DNA of 64,000 nt. Origin: Mobula hypostoma. Its lineage: Eukaryota. The stretch lies in NCBI RefSeq assembly GCF_963921235.1, contig NC_086097.1, forward strand, positions 147,314,001-147,378,000, given 5' to 3'. Position 1 is the first letter of the stretch; every line of letters starts with the position of its first letter. The position numbers and the translations under genes are program-made. Shown here in pieces: positions 51,155-62,861 of this stretch. Below the pieces are notes generated by a model. That model saw only the letters and a program-made list of their open reading frames with translations. It made no database searches and was not told where the DNA came from.

Positions 51155-51766
51155 ATAGGTGAGACATTGGTCAGACCACACTTGGAGTATTGTGAACAGT
51201 TTTGGGCCCACTAAGAAAAAACAGCACATTTTATCTTAGTTAAGGTGCCCAAACCTGTTCATAATACTCCTACCATTGTGCTGCCATTGGAGACAGTCCA
51301 GAGGAGGTTCATGAGAATGATCCTTGGAATGAAAGAGTTAATGTATGAAGAGTATTTGATGGCTCTCGTACTCACTGGAGTTTAGACGAGTGAGGGGGAC
51401 TCTCAGTAAAACATTATCAAAATTGGAAGATCTAGATAAAGTTGAAGTGGAGAGGATGTTACCTATAGTGGGGGAGGCTAGGACCAGAGGACACAGCCTC
51501 AGAATACAAGAACATACCTTTAGAACAGAGATGGGGAGGAATTTCTTTAGCCAGAGGGCAGTAAAGCTGTGGAGGACTGAAGTTATTGAGTATATTTAAA
51601 CCAGAGGCTGATAGGTTCTTGATCAGTAAGGGCATGAAAGGTTTTGGGGAGAAGGCAGGCGAATGGTATTGAGAGCGATTAAAAATCAACCATGATGGAA
51701 TGGCAAAGCAGTCTTGATGGACCAAATGGCCTAATTCTGCTCCATTGTTTTATAGTTTTATGGTCT
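51155..51766 (+). mobile_element. CR1 3' portion with a small internal inversion
   Basis: RPHLEYCEQFW, RTRGHSLRI, CR1 3' UTR; inverted duplicate at 51222-51270. Confidence 0.85.
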
Positions 51767-52879
51767 GAACTCCACTTTATATACTGGTATGATGCACAGT
51801 ACAATTAATGTTGAACATTTACAAAATAAGTTTTTAAAAATTAAACAAACTGAATTCAGAAGACAAGGCAATGACCTGATGTACATTAGCCCATGACCCT
51901 AGTGTTACTCAGTCCAGCATACTGCAGGCATCTTTCAGTAATTCAATTACTTCAAGGAAATTCTGAGATTGTTACAATCTCAATAGTGCCCAAGGAGTTA
52001 AGTGAGGTTGGGAAGATGAATGTGACCTTGCAGCAAAGATTGTAGTGAAGGTTTTAATAAAGGAAATCTTTCCATTTTGTGCAGCATTAACTAATAGAAG
52101 AGATGAGTAGAGATGCCAAGAAATTGGATTATATCTGAAATGTGGTTAGCTAATATATGACTATATTTAGTGAAGTGCCCAGTTGGATCTCTGGCAGTAA
52201 AAAGTTCAACATTGGTCAAAATACATTTTGAAATAGCTGTACACAGAGGAACAATAGGTAAAATGGAAACTGTATGAATTGCAATGGAACCAAACTAATT
52301 TTGTAGGTTGGAATTGTTTTATTATTATCACATGTACCAAGGAACAGTGAAAAGCTTGTTTTGCATACTGCTCATATAGATCAATTCATTGCACAGTGCA
52401 TTGAGGTAGAGCAAAGTAAAACAATAGCAATGCAGATTAAGGTATTACAGCTACAGAGAATGGGTAGCATAGGTAAACAAAAAGGTGTAAGCTCATAATG
52501 AGGTAGGTTATGAGGTCAAAAATAAAACTAGGAAACATAGATTTAGGATAAGGGGCAAGAGATCTGTAGTGTCATAGGTGGGGTGCACTGTACACTTTTC
52601 ACCCAGAGAATGATGAGGGACAGGAATGCATTGCCTAAGGGAATGATGGAAGCAGAGTCAATGACAGTATTTAAGTATCTACACAAGCACTTGAATCACC
52701 TCGTCATAGAAGGTTGTAGGTTGTGTGTTGGAAGATGAAATCAATATGAATGGGTCCTCACTGGTTTTGCCAATATACTGGGAAGAATTATCCATTTCCA
52801 TCCTTTATGACTTGTTACCATCTCCTGAAACTTTGCTATAAAGCACACAGAACCAAGTAAACCAGCAATGGCGCAGTAT

Positions 52880-54480
52880 CTATGGCAAGCCACATAATAC
52901 CAATAGGTTGACCTGGTCCAACCACTTCGGTGCTCCAGCCAAGAAAGCACATCAGCTCCTCTACTTCCTCAGGATACTAAGGAAATTCAGCATGTCCCTG
53001 TTAACCCTCACCAGTTTTTATTGATGCACCATAGAAAGCATTCTATCCAGATGTATCACAGTTTGCCATGACAACTTCTCTGCATGTGATTGCAAGAAAC
53101 TACAGAGAGTTATGGAAATCATAAAACCATAAGACATAGGAGCAGGATTAGACCAATTGGCCCATTGAGTCTGCTCCGCCATTCCATCATAACTGATTTA
53201 TTATCGCTCTCAATCCCATTCTCTTGCTTTCTACCCATAAGCTTTGGTGCCTTACTAATCAGGAACCTATCAACCTCCACATTAAACATACCCACTGATT
53301 TGGCTCCATGGTTCCACAGATTATCCACCCTCTGGCTAAAGAAATTCCTCCTCATCTCTGTTCTAAAGGGATGGCCTTGTATTCTAAAGCTGTGCCCTCT
53401 GGTCCTAGACTCCCACTATAGCAAACATGCTCTCCATGTCCACTCTATCTAGGCCTTTCAACATTAAATAGGTTTCAATTAGATCTTCCCTCATTCTTTT
53501 AAGCTCCAGTGAGCACAGGCCCAGAGCCATCAAACACTCCTTATACATGAACCCTTTAATTTCCAGGATCATCCTTGTGAACCTCCTCTGGATCTTTTCC
53601 AATGCTAACACATCTTTTTTTTAGATAAGGGGCCTAAATCTACTTAAGACACCAAGTGCTGCCTGACCAATGCCTTACAAAGTTTCAACATTACATCCTT
53701 TTTTTTAATATTCCAGTCCTCGCGAAATGAATGCTTACATTTCATTTGCCTTCCTTACCACTGACTCAGCCTGCAAGTTAATCTTTAGGTAATCCTGCAT
53801 GAGGGCTCACAAGTCCACTTGCACCTCTGATTTCTGAATGGGGGCTTCCTTTACAAAATAGACTATGCCTTTATTACTTCTACCGAAGTGCATGACCATA
53901 TAATTCCTTCCACTGTATTCCATCTGCCATTCTTCTAAACTTTCTAGGTCCTTCTGCCCACTCCCTACTTCCTCAACACTATCTGCCCCTCCACATTTCT
54001 TTGTATGATCTGCAAACTTGGCCACATTTGGACACAGCTCATCACATCATGGAAACCAGCCTCCCCTCTATGGACTCTGTCTATACTTCTCACTGCCTCA
54101 GTAAAGCAGACAGCACGGTCAAAGGTTCCAACAACCCAGATATTCTCTCTTTACCATGGGGCAGAAGATGCAAGAGCCTGAACGCATGTTCCACCAGGAT
54201 CGAATATAATTTCTATTCCACTATTTTACAACTTTTGAATTGTTCCTTGCTATGATAAGATGGACTCTTGACCTCATAATCTCATACCTTGTTGTGGTCC
54301 TTGTACCTTATTCTCTGTCTATACTGCACCTTCTCTGTAACTGTGGCATTATATTCTACATTCTCTTAATAATTTCCCCTTTGAACAACTTTGATGTACC
54401 TATATTTTGTAATTATCTCTATGGATGGCATGCAAAACAAAGTTTTATCACTGTATCTCTGTACACATGACTTTCATAAG
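52880..54480 (+). mobile_element. Rex1 3' portion, split by a CR1
   Basis: gagagttatgga ... tggacacagctc junction; LPWGRRCKSL. Confidence 0.75.
53117..54028 (-). mobile_element. CR1 3' portion nested in Rex1
   Basis: KFADHTK, IQRRFTRMI, RRNFFSQRV; 4-bp repeat tgga at both junctions. Confidence 0.88.
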
Positions 54481-55097
54481 CACATTACTTTGGCTGCCTA
54501 GGAGGAGAAAGAAGCTGCAAAAGAGGGAGTCAGCTCCCAAATCATTCATAGGATACGCAAGTCCTCATCAGAAGATCCATGTCAGGATGTAGTCAAAGTG
54601 CCAGGAGACCCATGAGGTAACCCAATAGGCTCACCGTAAAATCTTTTCAGAAGGTGACTGCGATACTTTTCCCCCTGGAGTCAGAATCACCATACAAAGA
54701 AAGGAAGAGATGTTATTGTCAAAGGAGGCGTTTCACCTTGATCAGCACACAAGTGTTCACATCTGAAGAGTGAATATCCTCAGAAAATACTTCTCATTGA
54801 GACGAGTTCTAGAAGTGCATTGCAACTCAAATGCAGTCATGTTGTAATAAGCTAACAAAGTAAATGCAATGAAGAATTCATACTGTACCCGCATGTGTTA
54901 TATTTAGTGCAGGTGGACCTGCACAGCAGGACATAAAGAGGATTTTGTTCTGGATTTCTCTGCTGGACTGTTTTGCCACGTTGGAGTTAAGGATCATAGC
55001 ATACAGATGGTCACAATGTTTATACTGTGCTAATTTATTTCACAGGCTTCTTTTGAATTCCTTTCTCTGTATTCGCTGCAGAGTGTAAGTCATCCTC

Positions 55098-55860
55098 ATC
55101 AGAATCAGAATCAGATTCAGAAACAGAATCGAGTGTATAATCATTGACAAATGTCATGAAATGTGTTGCTTTGCAGCAGAAACTTAATACAATATATTAA
55201 ATTAACTATGTTTCAATGAGAAATATATTAAAATAAATATATAGTGCAAAAAGAGAGCAAAATAATGATGTAGTGCTCGTGGACCATTTAGAAATCTGGG
55301 GCAATAGACAATAGGTGCAGGAGTAGGCCATTTGGCCCTTCGAGCCAACACCGCCATTCACTGTAATCATGGCTGATCATCCACAATCAGTACCCCATTC
55401 CTGCCTTCTCCCCATATCCCTTGACTCCACTATCTTTAAGAGCGCTATCTAACTCTTTCTTGAAAGCATCCAGAGAATTGGCCTCCACTGCCTTCTGAGG
55501 CAGAGCATTCTACAGATCCACAACTCTCTGGTGAAAAAGTTTTTCCTCAACTCCGTTCTAAATGGCCTATCCCTTATTCTTAAACTGTGGCCTCTGGCAG
55601 AGGGGAAGGAGCTGTTCCTAAAATGTTGACCGCATGTTTTCAGGCTGCTGTACCTCCTCCCTGATGCTGACAATTAGAAGAGGGTATGACTTAGGTGGTG
55701 GGGGAATTGAATGATGGATGCTGCCTTTTTGAGGCATTGCATTTTGAAAATATCCACAATGCTGGTGAGGCCAGTGCCCATGATGGAATGGCTGAGTTTA
55801 CAACCCTCTGCACCTTTTTCTGATACTGTGCTTTGGCACCTCCATACCAGACAGTGAGAT
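55098..55860 (-). mobile_element. Rex1-type 3' end containing a CR1 3' end (~55302-55597)
   Basis: (tcagaa)n tail; LTVWYGG; nested RGHSLRIRDRPFRTELRKNFFT. Confidence 0.75.
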
Positions 55861-56199
55861 GGAACTCAAGCATTTCAAACTCCATTCACGACATTCTTGG
55901 AGTTGGCAGCCATGTTTTAGAAAGCCCCTGTATCCCATGTAGACAATGCTTGCCTCCTCTGTGCAGCTGAAATATGGATACAAGTTAAAGCTTTAACTTG
56001 GATGTCACTGCCTTCTTCTTACTCTGTGGCTTTGCTTCAGCCTCTAAACCTCAGTTCCCAGCCTCCTTGCTGGTCTTCCTCTTCTGCTGCACATGGTATC
56101 GGATTGTGCAGCAAACCATAATGAAGTTTCCTCATCTGATGCAGACAATGACATGAGGCCTCCAGCAAACCAATAGTACTTCTCTTTATTATTGTTCTG

Positions 56200-56545
56200 G
56201 CTTTTGCATAATTCTTGTAGCAACTGGTATGGAACAACAGGGTGGATCTTGTACTTAGCAGCAGGCTGAGGGCCAGTTTCTATCCCACTGTTATCAAACT
56301 CTTGAACAGACCTCTTGTACAATTAGATGGTCTCTAGGCCTCACAATCAATGTCGTCATGATCTTACACTTCATCGTTTACCTGTTCTGCAGTCACTGCA
56401 ATCTTTTGGTAGCTTTTACACTTTATTCTGAACTATTATTGTTTTAACCTTACCTAGCTCAATGCTTTGATCTGTATAAACAGAATGCAAGGTAAGTTTT
56501 TCACTGTATCTTGTTACATGTGACAGTATTACACCAATTCCTATA
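56200..56545 (+). mobile_element. Rex1-type 3' UTR
   Basis: Similar to 54200-54480 (ttttcactgtatct.g.tacatgtgaca). Confidence 0.55.
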
Positions 56546-57094
56546 CCAAATACATGATAATGAACTCACTGTTTTGCTCCCCGTCACTACCTTCCCTCGG
56601 TAAATACTGGATTTTGAACTTATAATAAAATATATAATTTTAAATATTTACACACAATATGTCTGGCCATCTTGCAAGCAATTTTTGTTCACACAATGGT
56701 CTACATGTAAGTTGCAACAAACAGACATGAGGTGACATTTTCTTGTGTGGACTGAGTCATAAATTACCTTGTCTTATGTCTTAATTAGGCAATGAAACGC
56801 CAATCTGATGCTGCAGCATAATTCTACAAATCAAGCTACTCATTGTGGTGATCGGCGTATCTCCTTAGGGATTAAAGTACCACGAAAACCAACACAGATG
56901 GCCCACAGCAAGTCCACTAACTCTGGTGCCATAATTCCCTGAAGGAAATTATTCTTGTCTGCTTAATTCTAAGTAATGTGTTGGTGAATTTTCAAAGTGC
57001 AGTTTAATTAAAATTAAGATAGATAATCTGACAGGACCAATTTGAACCACAGCCAAATAAACGGGAACTGTTATATTAAATTGAATTCTACTGT

Positions 57095-57240
57095 CAGCTG
57101 TGGCTCAGGCAGCAGTATTCCCATCTCTGAATAATTCCAGGTTTACATCTCCCTCCAAAGACATACGTAAGTTAGGCTGACATTACAGAGATTCTTGAGA
57201 TGGTACGGCAATGACAGAGGTGATATCTTTGGATGGCAGC
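57095..57240 (+). mobile_element. DeuSINE (SacSINE1-like) 5' relic
   Basis: gctgtggctcag..tctctga..taggctgaca..gaggtg..tctttggatg. Confidence 0.45.
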
Positions 57241-57444
57241 CCCACCGGTACTGCCCATGGACCTCTAACAGCATGTATTCAACAACATTTTTTTAATATA
57301 AAAAAATTAAAGAATGAGGTCATATTCATTGCAACAACAATCAACAAATAAATGTAAAAACAGTGAAAATAAAGTAATAAAGATATTAACCATTTATTTT
57401 CACTTATCATTTAGGTGAACGGCAACTGAAGTTAATTCAAGCCA

Positions 57445-57722
57445 GCAGCACACATCAAAGTTGCTGATGAACGCAGCAGGCCAGGCAGCATCGCTAGGAA
57501 GAGGTACAGTCGACATTTCAGGCCGAGACCCTTCGTCAGGACTAACTGAAGGAAGAGTTAGAAATCTCTTACTAAATCTTCCTTCAGTTAGTCCTGACAA
57601 AGGGTCTCGGCCTGAAACGTCGACTGTACCTCTTCCTAGAGATGCTGCCTGGCCTGCTGCGTTCACCAGCAACTTTGGTGTGTGTTGCTTGAATTTCCAG
57701 CACCTGCAGAATTCCTGTTGTT
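57445..57722. mobile_element. Fold-back PLE terminal-repeat insertion with two hammerhead motifs
   Basis: 117-bp inverted arms 57445-57561/57572-57688 (7 mismatches by eye), ~34-bp tail; TSD ttaattcaagcca(g) 57432-57444/57723-57735. Confidence 0.9.
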
Positions 57723-57998
57723 TTAATTCAAGCCAGATTGAGAGGGTAACCAGCCCCTCGGCTCATTGTGATTAGGAGCAGCCCCTGTGGTTGAGAAGGT
57801 GAGTTTGCATGTGGATTGTGTTCTGCAGGTGTGAATATCCAGAATCAGAACAACACTGACTAAAAAAAATTATTGTCATCCAGCCATTGATATGTTTTCT
57901 TTCCTGCCTACACAAGCTGCTTCACACATTAAGTGTTTCCAGTACTTTCTATTCCAGATTTCTAGGCCTTGTACAGAGTAACCAGTTAATATACAGTC

Positions 57999-58063
57999 AA
58001 CACACACAAAATGCTGGAGGAACTCAGCAGGCCAGGCAGCATCTATGGAAATGAGTACAGTCA
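57999..58063 (-). mobile_element. PLE terminal repeat fragment
   Basis: aacacacacaaaatgctggaggaactcagcaggccaggcagcatctatgg. Confidence 0.75.
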
Positions 58064-58812
58064 GCCGAGGTTGCAAGCAGATCAAAAAAATGGGAAAAAA
58101 AGATTAGCAATGCATTATGCATTCAGTTTTCAGGGTTGAAGAGTTCCAGACAGTGCAATGTTGTCAACCCTTTTAGCAATAAAAGCTGAAGAAAAATACA
58201 GTGGAACTGGAACATGGACCCATTAGTGAGTACTAAAGGTCACCAACATTCAGCTCCGGGGTAGACTTTTGGCAAGAACAAAATTTAGATTATGTTCTTC
58301 AACAACCAAACTAGCCACTCTTTCCAATATTGTTAAAATAAGAGGCAACTGATAATGCTGGAGCAACATTACTAAGATAATATTGTAAAATACAATAGAG
58401 CAATGAGGAAGAATCGGGTAAGTCAAGTAAAAGGGAAAAGGGAGTTGAGAATTGAGTGGCTGGAGGGAGGAAGGGCAGGAAATGCAAACAGAGAAGAAAA
58501 AGAAAGCAACAAGTTCACGTGGGGTACAACTTGAAGATGATTAAAAGCAAAAAAGCAGGAGGAAATACGAGAATAATTGTAATGGAAAAGGGACAGATGA
58601 AAGTGAGTAAAGGGAAGCAAAGACAGTGAAAAGGAAGCAAGACTTTGACAGACAGAAAGTCTGTCAATGACAGAGGTATGGGGATTTTGTGGCCTTTATT
58701 GTTTTATGAGGATTGAATTCATGAAGTCTTTACAGTATAACTAAAGATAAACAAACATGAAATTCATTCATTTACAAGAGAAAACAAGGAACAGGCAACA
58801 ATGAAATAGGGT

Positions 58813-58868
58813 AACACACACAAAATACTGGAGGAACTCAGCAGGCCAGGCAGCATCTATGGAAAAAA
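58813..58868 (-). mobile_element. PLE terminal repeat fragment
   Basis: Near-identical to 57999-58050. Confidence 0.75.
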
Positions 58869-60059
58869 GATGAGATGGGGTTATGCTCTCAGTTATTCAA
58901 TGGAGGGAAAGGAAATAAAAGCAAAAGCTAGGTTAGGTGGCATCTTTGGAGAGAGAAACATTTCAGTGAATAATTCAGGTTGATGACCCCTGATCAAGGA
59001 TGAGATAATGATCATGATGGAGACTACCATTTGTAAAGGAAGAGAGAACAGGGGAAAGAGGAAATGTCAGACAACGAGTATGGAAGAAAAGGGAAGAATG
59101 ACAGTGGTAGTAAAAAGATCATCAATCTTATTAAAGTTTTTCAACTGCACAGATCCTGTCTGATCTGTTGATTATCTCTAGCATTCTGATCTCATTTCAG
59201 GTTTCCAACACTTAGTTTTTTTTGACAACCAATATTTCGGTTATGTTGGGTGTCAAATTTAGCACTAAAAGTACAGAACAGGATATTTCCCACATAGTGA
59301 CAAACCTCAAAGCAATAGCATTGGTTGGCCAACACCTTGAGTGCTGTGATTATTTCTCATTCCACACCTTAACAATGGTATGACCGATCAAGAGGTGTGA
59401 ATAGGTACATCAGGGTGATAGCTGGAAAGCAAATCCCTTTTGCAAACAGAAATGAAGCCAGGCCAATTGTTTAACTGAAACGAAGGCTGATAGATTTTTG
59501 AAATGTTGCAGATATGCTAGAAATACTTCAGAGATCAGGCAGCCATGAAGAAAAGTGTCTAATTGTTGGCACTGGCATCAGGGACTGGCAAAAGTTAAGA
59601 GTTATAAAAATGAAGTTTATTTTGGATTATAAATACATTTTTGCGTGACCTGAGGCTGACGATCAGAGCATGTCTGACGGAGTGACCACATGATTTTGTT
59701 TTCCAAAGATTTTAAAGGTGTATGCACATATTTGAAGCCATAGCCTAATGAATGAGAAAAGTCTCCAGCAATTCATCAACCTACCATTGTTTCAGTGTTC
59801 TGAGTTAATCTGGTCATGGCTTCTGAGAGGTGTTCTATGAAAGTTTAAAGGAAGTTTAAAGAGCCAAAATGTAAATGACTGGCTTTTGGAACTTGGGTAC
59901 AAACCAGTATTTTTCATACTTTCTTATGAGAAATAAATTAAGATCATGCTTACTCAGAGAAAACCCAATAATGACCTTCAACCACTTATTTCCTTGTAAT
60001 TTATTCTTTTCCCCATACCCATTAATATTGTCTCTGATTCTCATACCAGCCAGCTACAC

Positions 60060-60260
60060 TCAAGGTTTTTAACAGTAGCCTATTAATCTACCAAACAATA
60101 CATCTTTTGAATGTGAGAGTAAACTATAACAGCCTTGGCAAATCCTTACAGTCACTGGGAGAATGCACAAGCTTCACACAGACAATACCAGGAGGTTAGG
60201 ATGAAACATGAATGGGAAGATCTGTGAAGCAACTTCTGGACTTGCAAAGTCATTGTGCCA
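60060..60260 (-). mobile_element. Degenerate V-SINE
   Basis: cagtcactgggagaatgcacaagcttcacacagaca..aggatgaaac. Confidence 0.55.
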
Positions 60261-60506
60261 TCCAGTAGGACAAAACTAAGAGAACATCATCCCAAAACCT
60301 GATACTGGATAAATCTTGAATAACTTATTTTATTCTTGAATGATTAAAATATTTCATTGATTTTAAATATAAAGTGAATTATCCAATAATTCAAATAAGA
60401 GTAGAAAGTATATAGTGTACATGAAAGGGACCAATCTTTTATGAAATAAATTATTTTTCCTCAAGGTCAAGATCGACACATTTATGAAATTTCTCCTGGA
60501 TCACTT

Positions 60507-61301
60507 AATAGGTTCAATGGGTATACTTAATGTCAGAGAAAATTATACAATATACACCTCCTGAAATACTTTTTCTTTGCAAATATCCACAAAAATAGAG
60601 GAGTGCCCCAAAGAATGAATGACAGTTAAATATTAGAACCCCAAAGCCCCCCCAGTTCCCCCTTCCCATGCACAAACTAACCCCCACCCCACCAGCAAAA
60701 GAGCATCTGTGCCTTCCACTGAGTACTCAAGCATGCAGAAAAGTATCAATAAAGACAGACTTCTAATACCCCAAAGACTACTTGTTCACCCTGAAATTCA
60801 ACATACCACAGGCTCTCTCTCTCTCTCTCTCTCTAATAAGGGAACAAGAGGTGGCTCGGTTTCACAGTGAGAGGGCAGACATAAACATTGCTGATTTATG
60901 GTGTTAAAAGCTTGTTGCATCGCTTTTTCTGAGCTCTGTGCCCAGAGAGCTCAAGTCTCTGGACATACGGCCAGCAGATAGCCCACTGCTCCCGGTGTTC
61001 CGTGTTCTCCCACGACGCCTCAGTCAGGGGCACCGGCCTTGAATCGGCTCATCTCCAGAGCCTCAAAAATCCAGCACCCTGAAGGTGCGCTAGTCTTCCA
61101 GGCCGCATCCTTGGGATATCAAAACGAGGCCGGTCATGAGGCCCTGACAGCAGGTCCCATTTTTGCAAAGAACCAAATTCAGAGTGTAATTTCAGGTCAG
61201 GGATTTCAAAAGAACCTTGAAAAAGGAAAAAAAAAATCAAAGACAAAAATAGAGCTGTTTCTGAAGATGCAAACAAAGGAGTGGCCATTTTGCATCATCA
61301 T
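60507..61301 (-). mobile_element. Non-autonomous retroposon 'family A', near full length
   Basis: Reverse complement reads ...atggccactcctttgtttgcatcttcagaaacagctctattt, matching 50410 onward. Confidence 0.7.
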
Positions 61302-61331
61302 GTATTTGCTCTGCCCTTTGTCCTCATTTTT

Positions 61332-62625
61332 CTTTCTTTTCAAATCTTTTTATTATTATTATTCAAAATTAACATGAGTACATCGAAGTAAGTGACACTT
61401 ACAATGTCTCAAGAAAAAAAATTATTTTAAGGATTGAAAAATTTTTGGTGATAATAAAATAACCCTACAAAGCAAGAAAAAGCGGGGGAAAAAACCCATT
61501 AGGTGTTCAACCCTGGAGCCATGCGTCATACAAAAAGCTTCTAAAGATAAATATCAAACCGCCAGCAAGAAAAATAAAGTACCAAAAATTTACAATTAGA
61601 TCATGGAGGAAATCTATCAATTAACTCAAATGATAATAACGAGCAAATGAACCCCATATTTTCTCAAAATCAAATATAGGTTCAAAGGTTCGACTTCTAA
61701 TTTTCTCCAAACTAAGACATAGCATCACTTGAGAGAACCATTGTGACAAAGTGGGAGCTGATGTATCCTTCCACTTCAACAAAATGGCCCTCTTAGCCAT
61801 CAATGTAACAAATGCAATAACATGTTGGTTAGACACAGAGACACCATGGATATTTTGAGGAATTATTCCAAAAAGCACAGTTAACTTGTTAGGTTGTAAA
61901 TTAATTTTAAGTGCTCTAGAAATTGTCAAAAAAACTGACTTCCAGAACTGTTCTAGTATAGAACAAGACCAAAACATGTGTGTCAGTGTAGCTGTCTCAG
62001 TTTTACATCTATCACAATAACTATCAACAATAGGAAATATTTTAGACAGTCTCTCCTTCATCAAATGATAACAGTGTACAATTTTAAATTGAGTCAGTAA
62101 ATGACTAGCACAGATCAAAGAACCGTTAACCAGCTTCAGAATCCACGTCCAATCCTCCGTCATGAAAGTCAAATTGAGTTCCTTTTCCCAATCTTGTTTA
62201 ATCTTAAATAAAAGACGCTTATTCCATTGTAATAATAAATTATAAATTCTTCCAATGGAACCCTTCATTGAAGGGTTCATACTCATAATAGTATCTAACA
62301 GGTCAGCATCCAATATGTAAGGAAAATTACTTAAATATTTTTGTAAAAGTTGCTAATTTAAACCTATACCCTGTGATTAAGCAAATTTGGCTCCAGTTCT
62401 GCAAATTTTTTTAATCTTAAAAAATTAAAACTTTATAGTTTAATTTATCGAAATTACTTTTTTAAGACTTCTTTGAGTGATCCAATTTTTTTACTTTGGA
62501 AAAATAAAGGTATTAATTCATTTTTGGATTTATTTAAAGAAGATAGATTGTTGTCTTTTCAACAACTAGTTGATAAATATTCTCTTTCATACTTACAAAT
62601 TTTACAATACCTTCAAGTTTGACAT
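61332..62625 (-). mobile_element. L1/Tx1-clade LINE with a 5' inversion
   Basis: 230-aa ORF2 C-terminus on minus (CDRC..LTHMFWSC); upstream ORF2 segment on plus at 62349-62625; 16-bp TSD ctttgtcctcattttt 61316-61331/62626-62641. Confidence 0.92.
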
Positions 62626-62861
62626 CTTTGTCCTCATTTTTTAATTTAACTACAATTTAATGAATATACTTTGACTACATTCTGAACTTCTATTATTCAC
62701 TTTCATGCCTAAAACAAATCTTTACTGAAAGATTAAGTCCATTTATGCCTATGTTTTCTTAGTTTTGAACATTATGGGGGCATCACACCTGGCCTTTTGT
62801 TAAATTGGGATTAAGTGTATTTGCAATTTCCCCTGCAACACTATTGATTTTCCAATGACAC

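Noticed and set aside
57400..57775. Near-identical ORFs on both strands (NAAGQAASLGRGTVD...), also at 16398-16778
   Set aside because: Artefact of the DNA palindrome; not a protein-coding gene
57992..58070. PLE fragment apparently truncated exactly at the ribozyme cleavage site
   Set aside because: The adjacent gccgag matches helix II (suggesting an internal deletion), and a flanking tacagtca repeat offers a microhomology explanation; ambiguous
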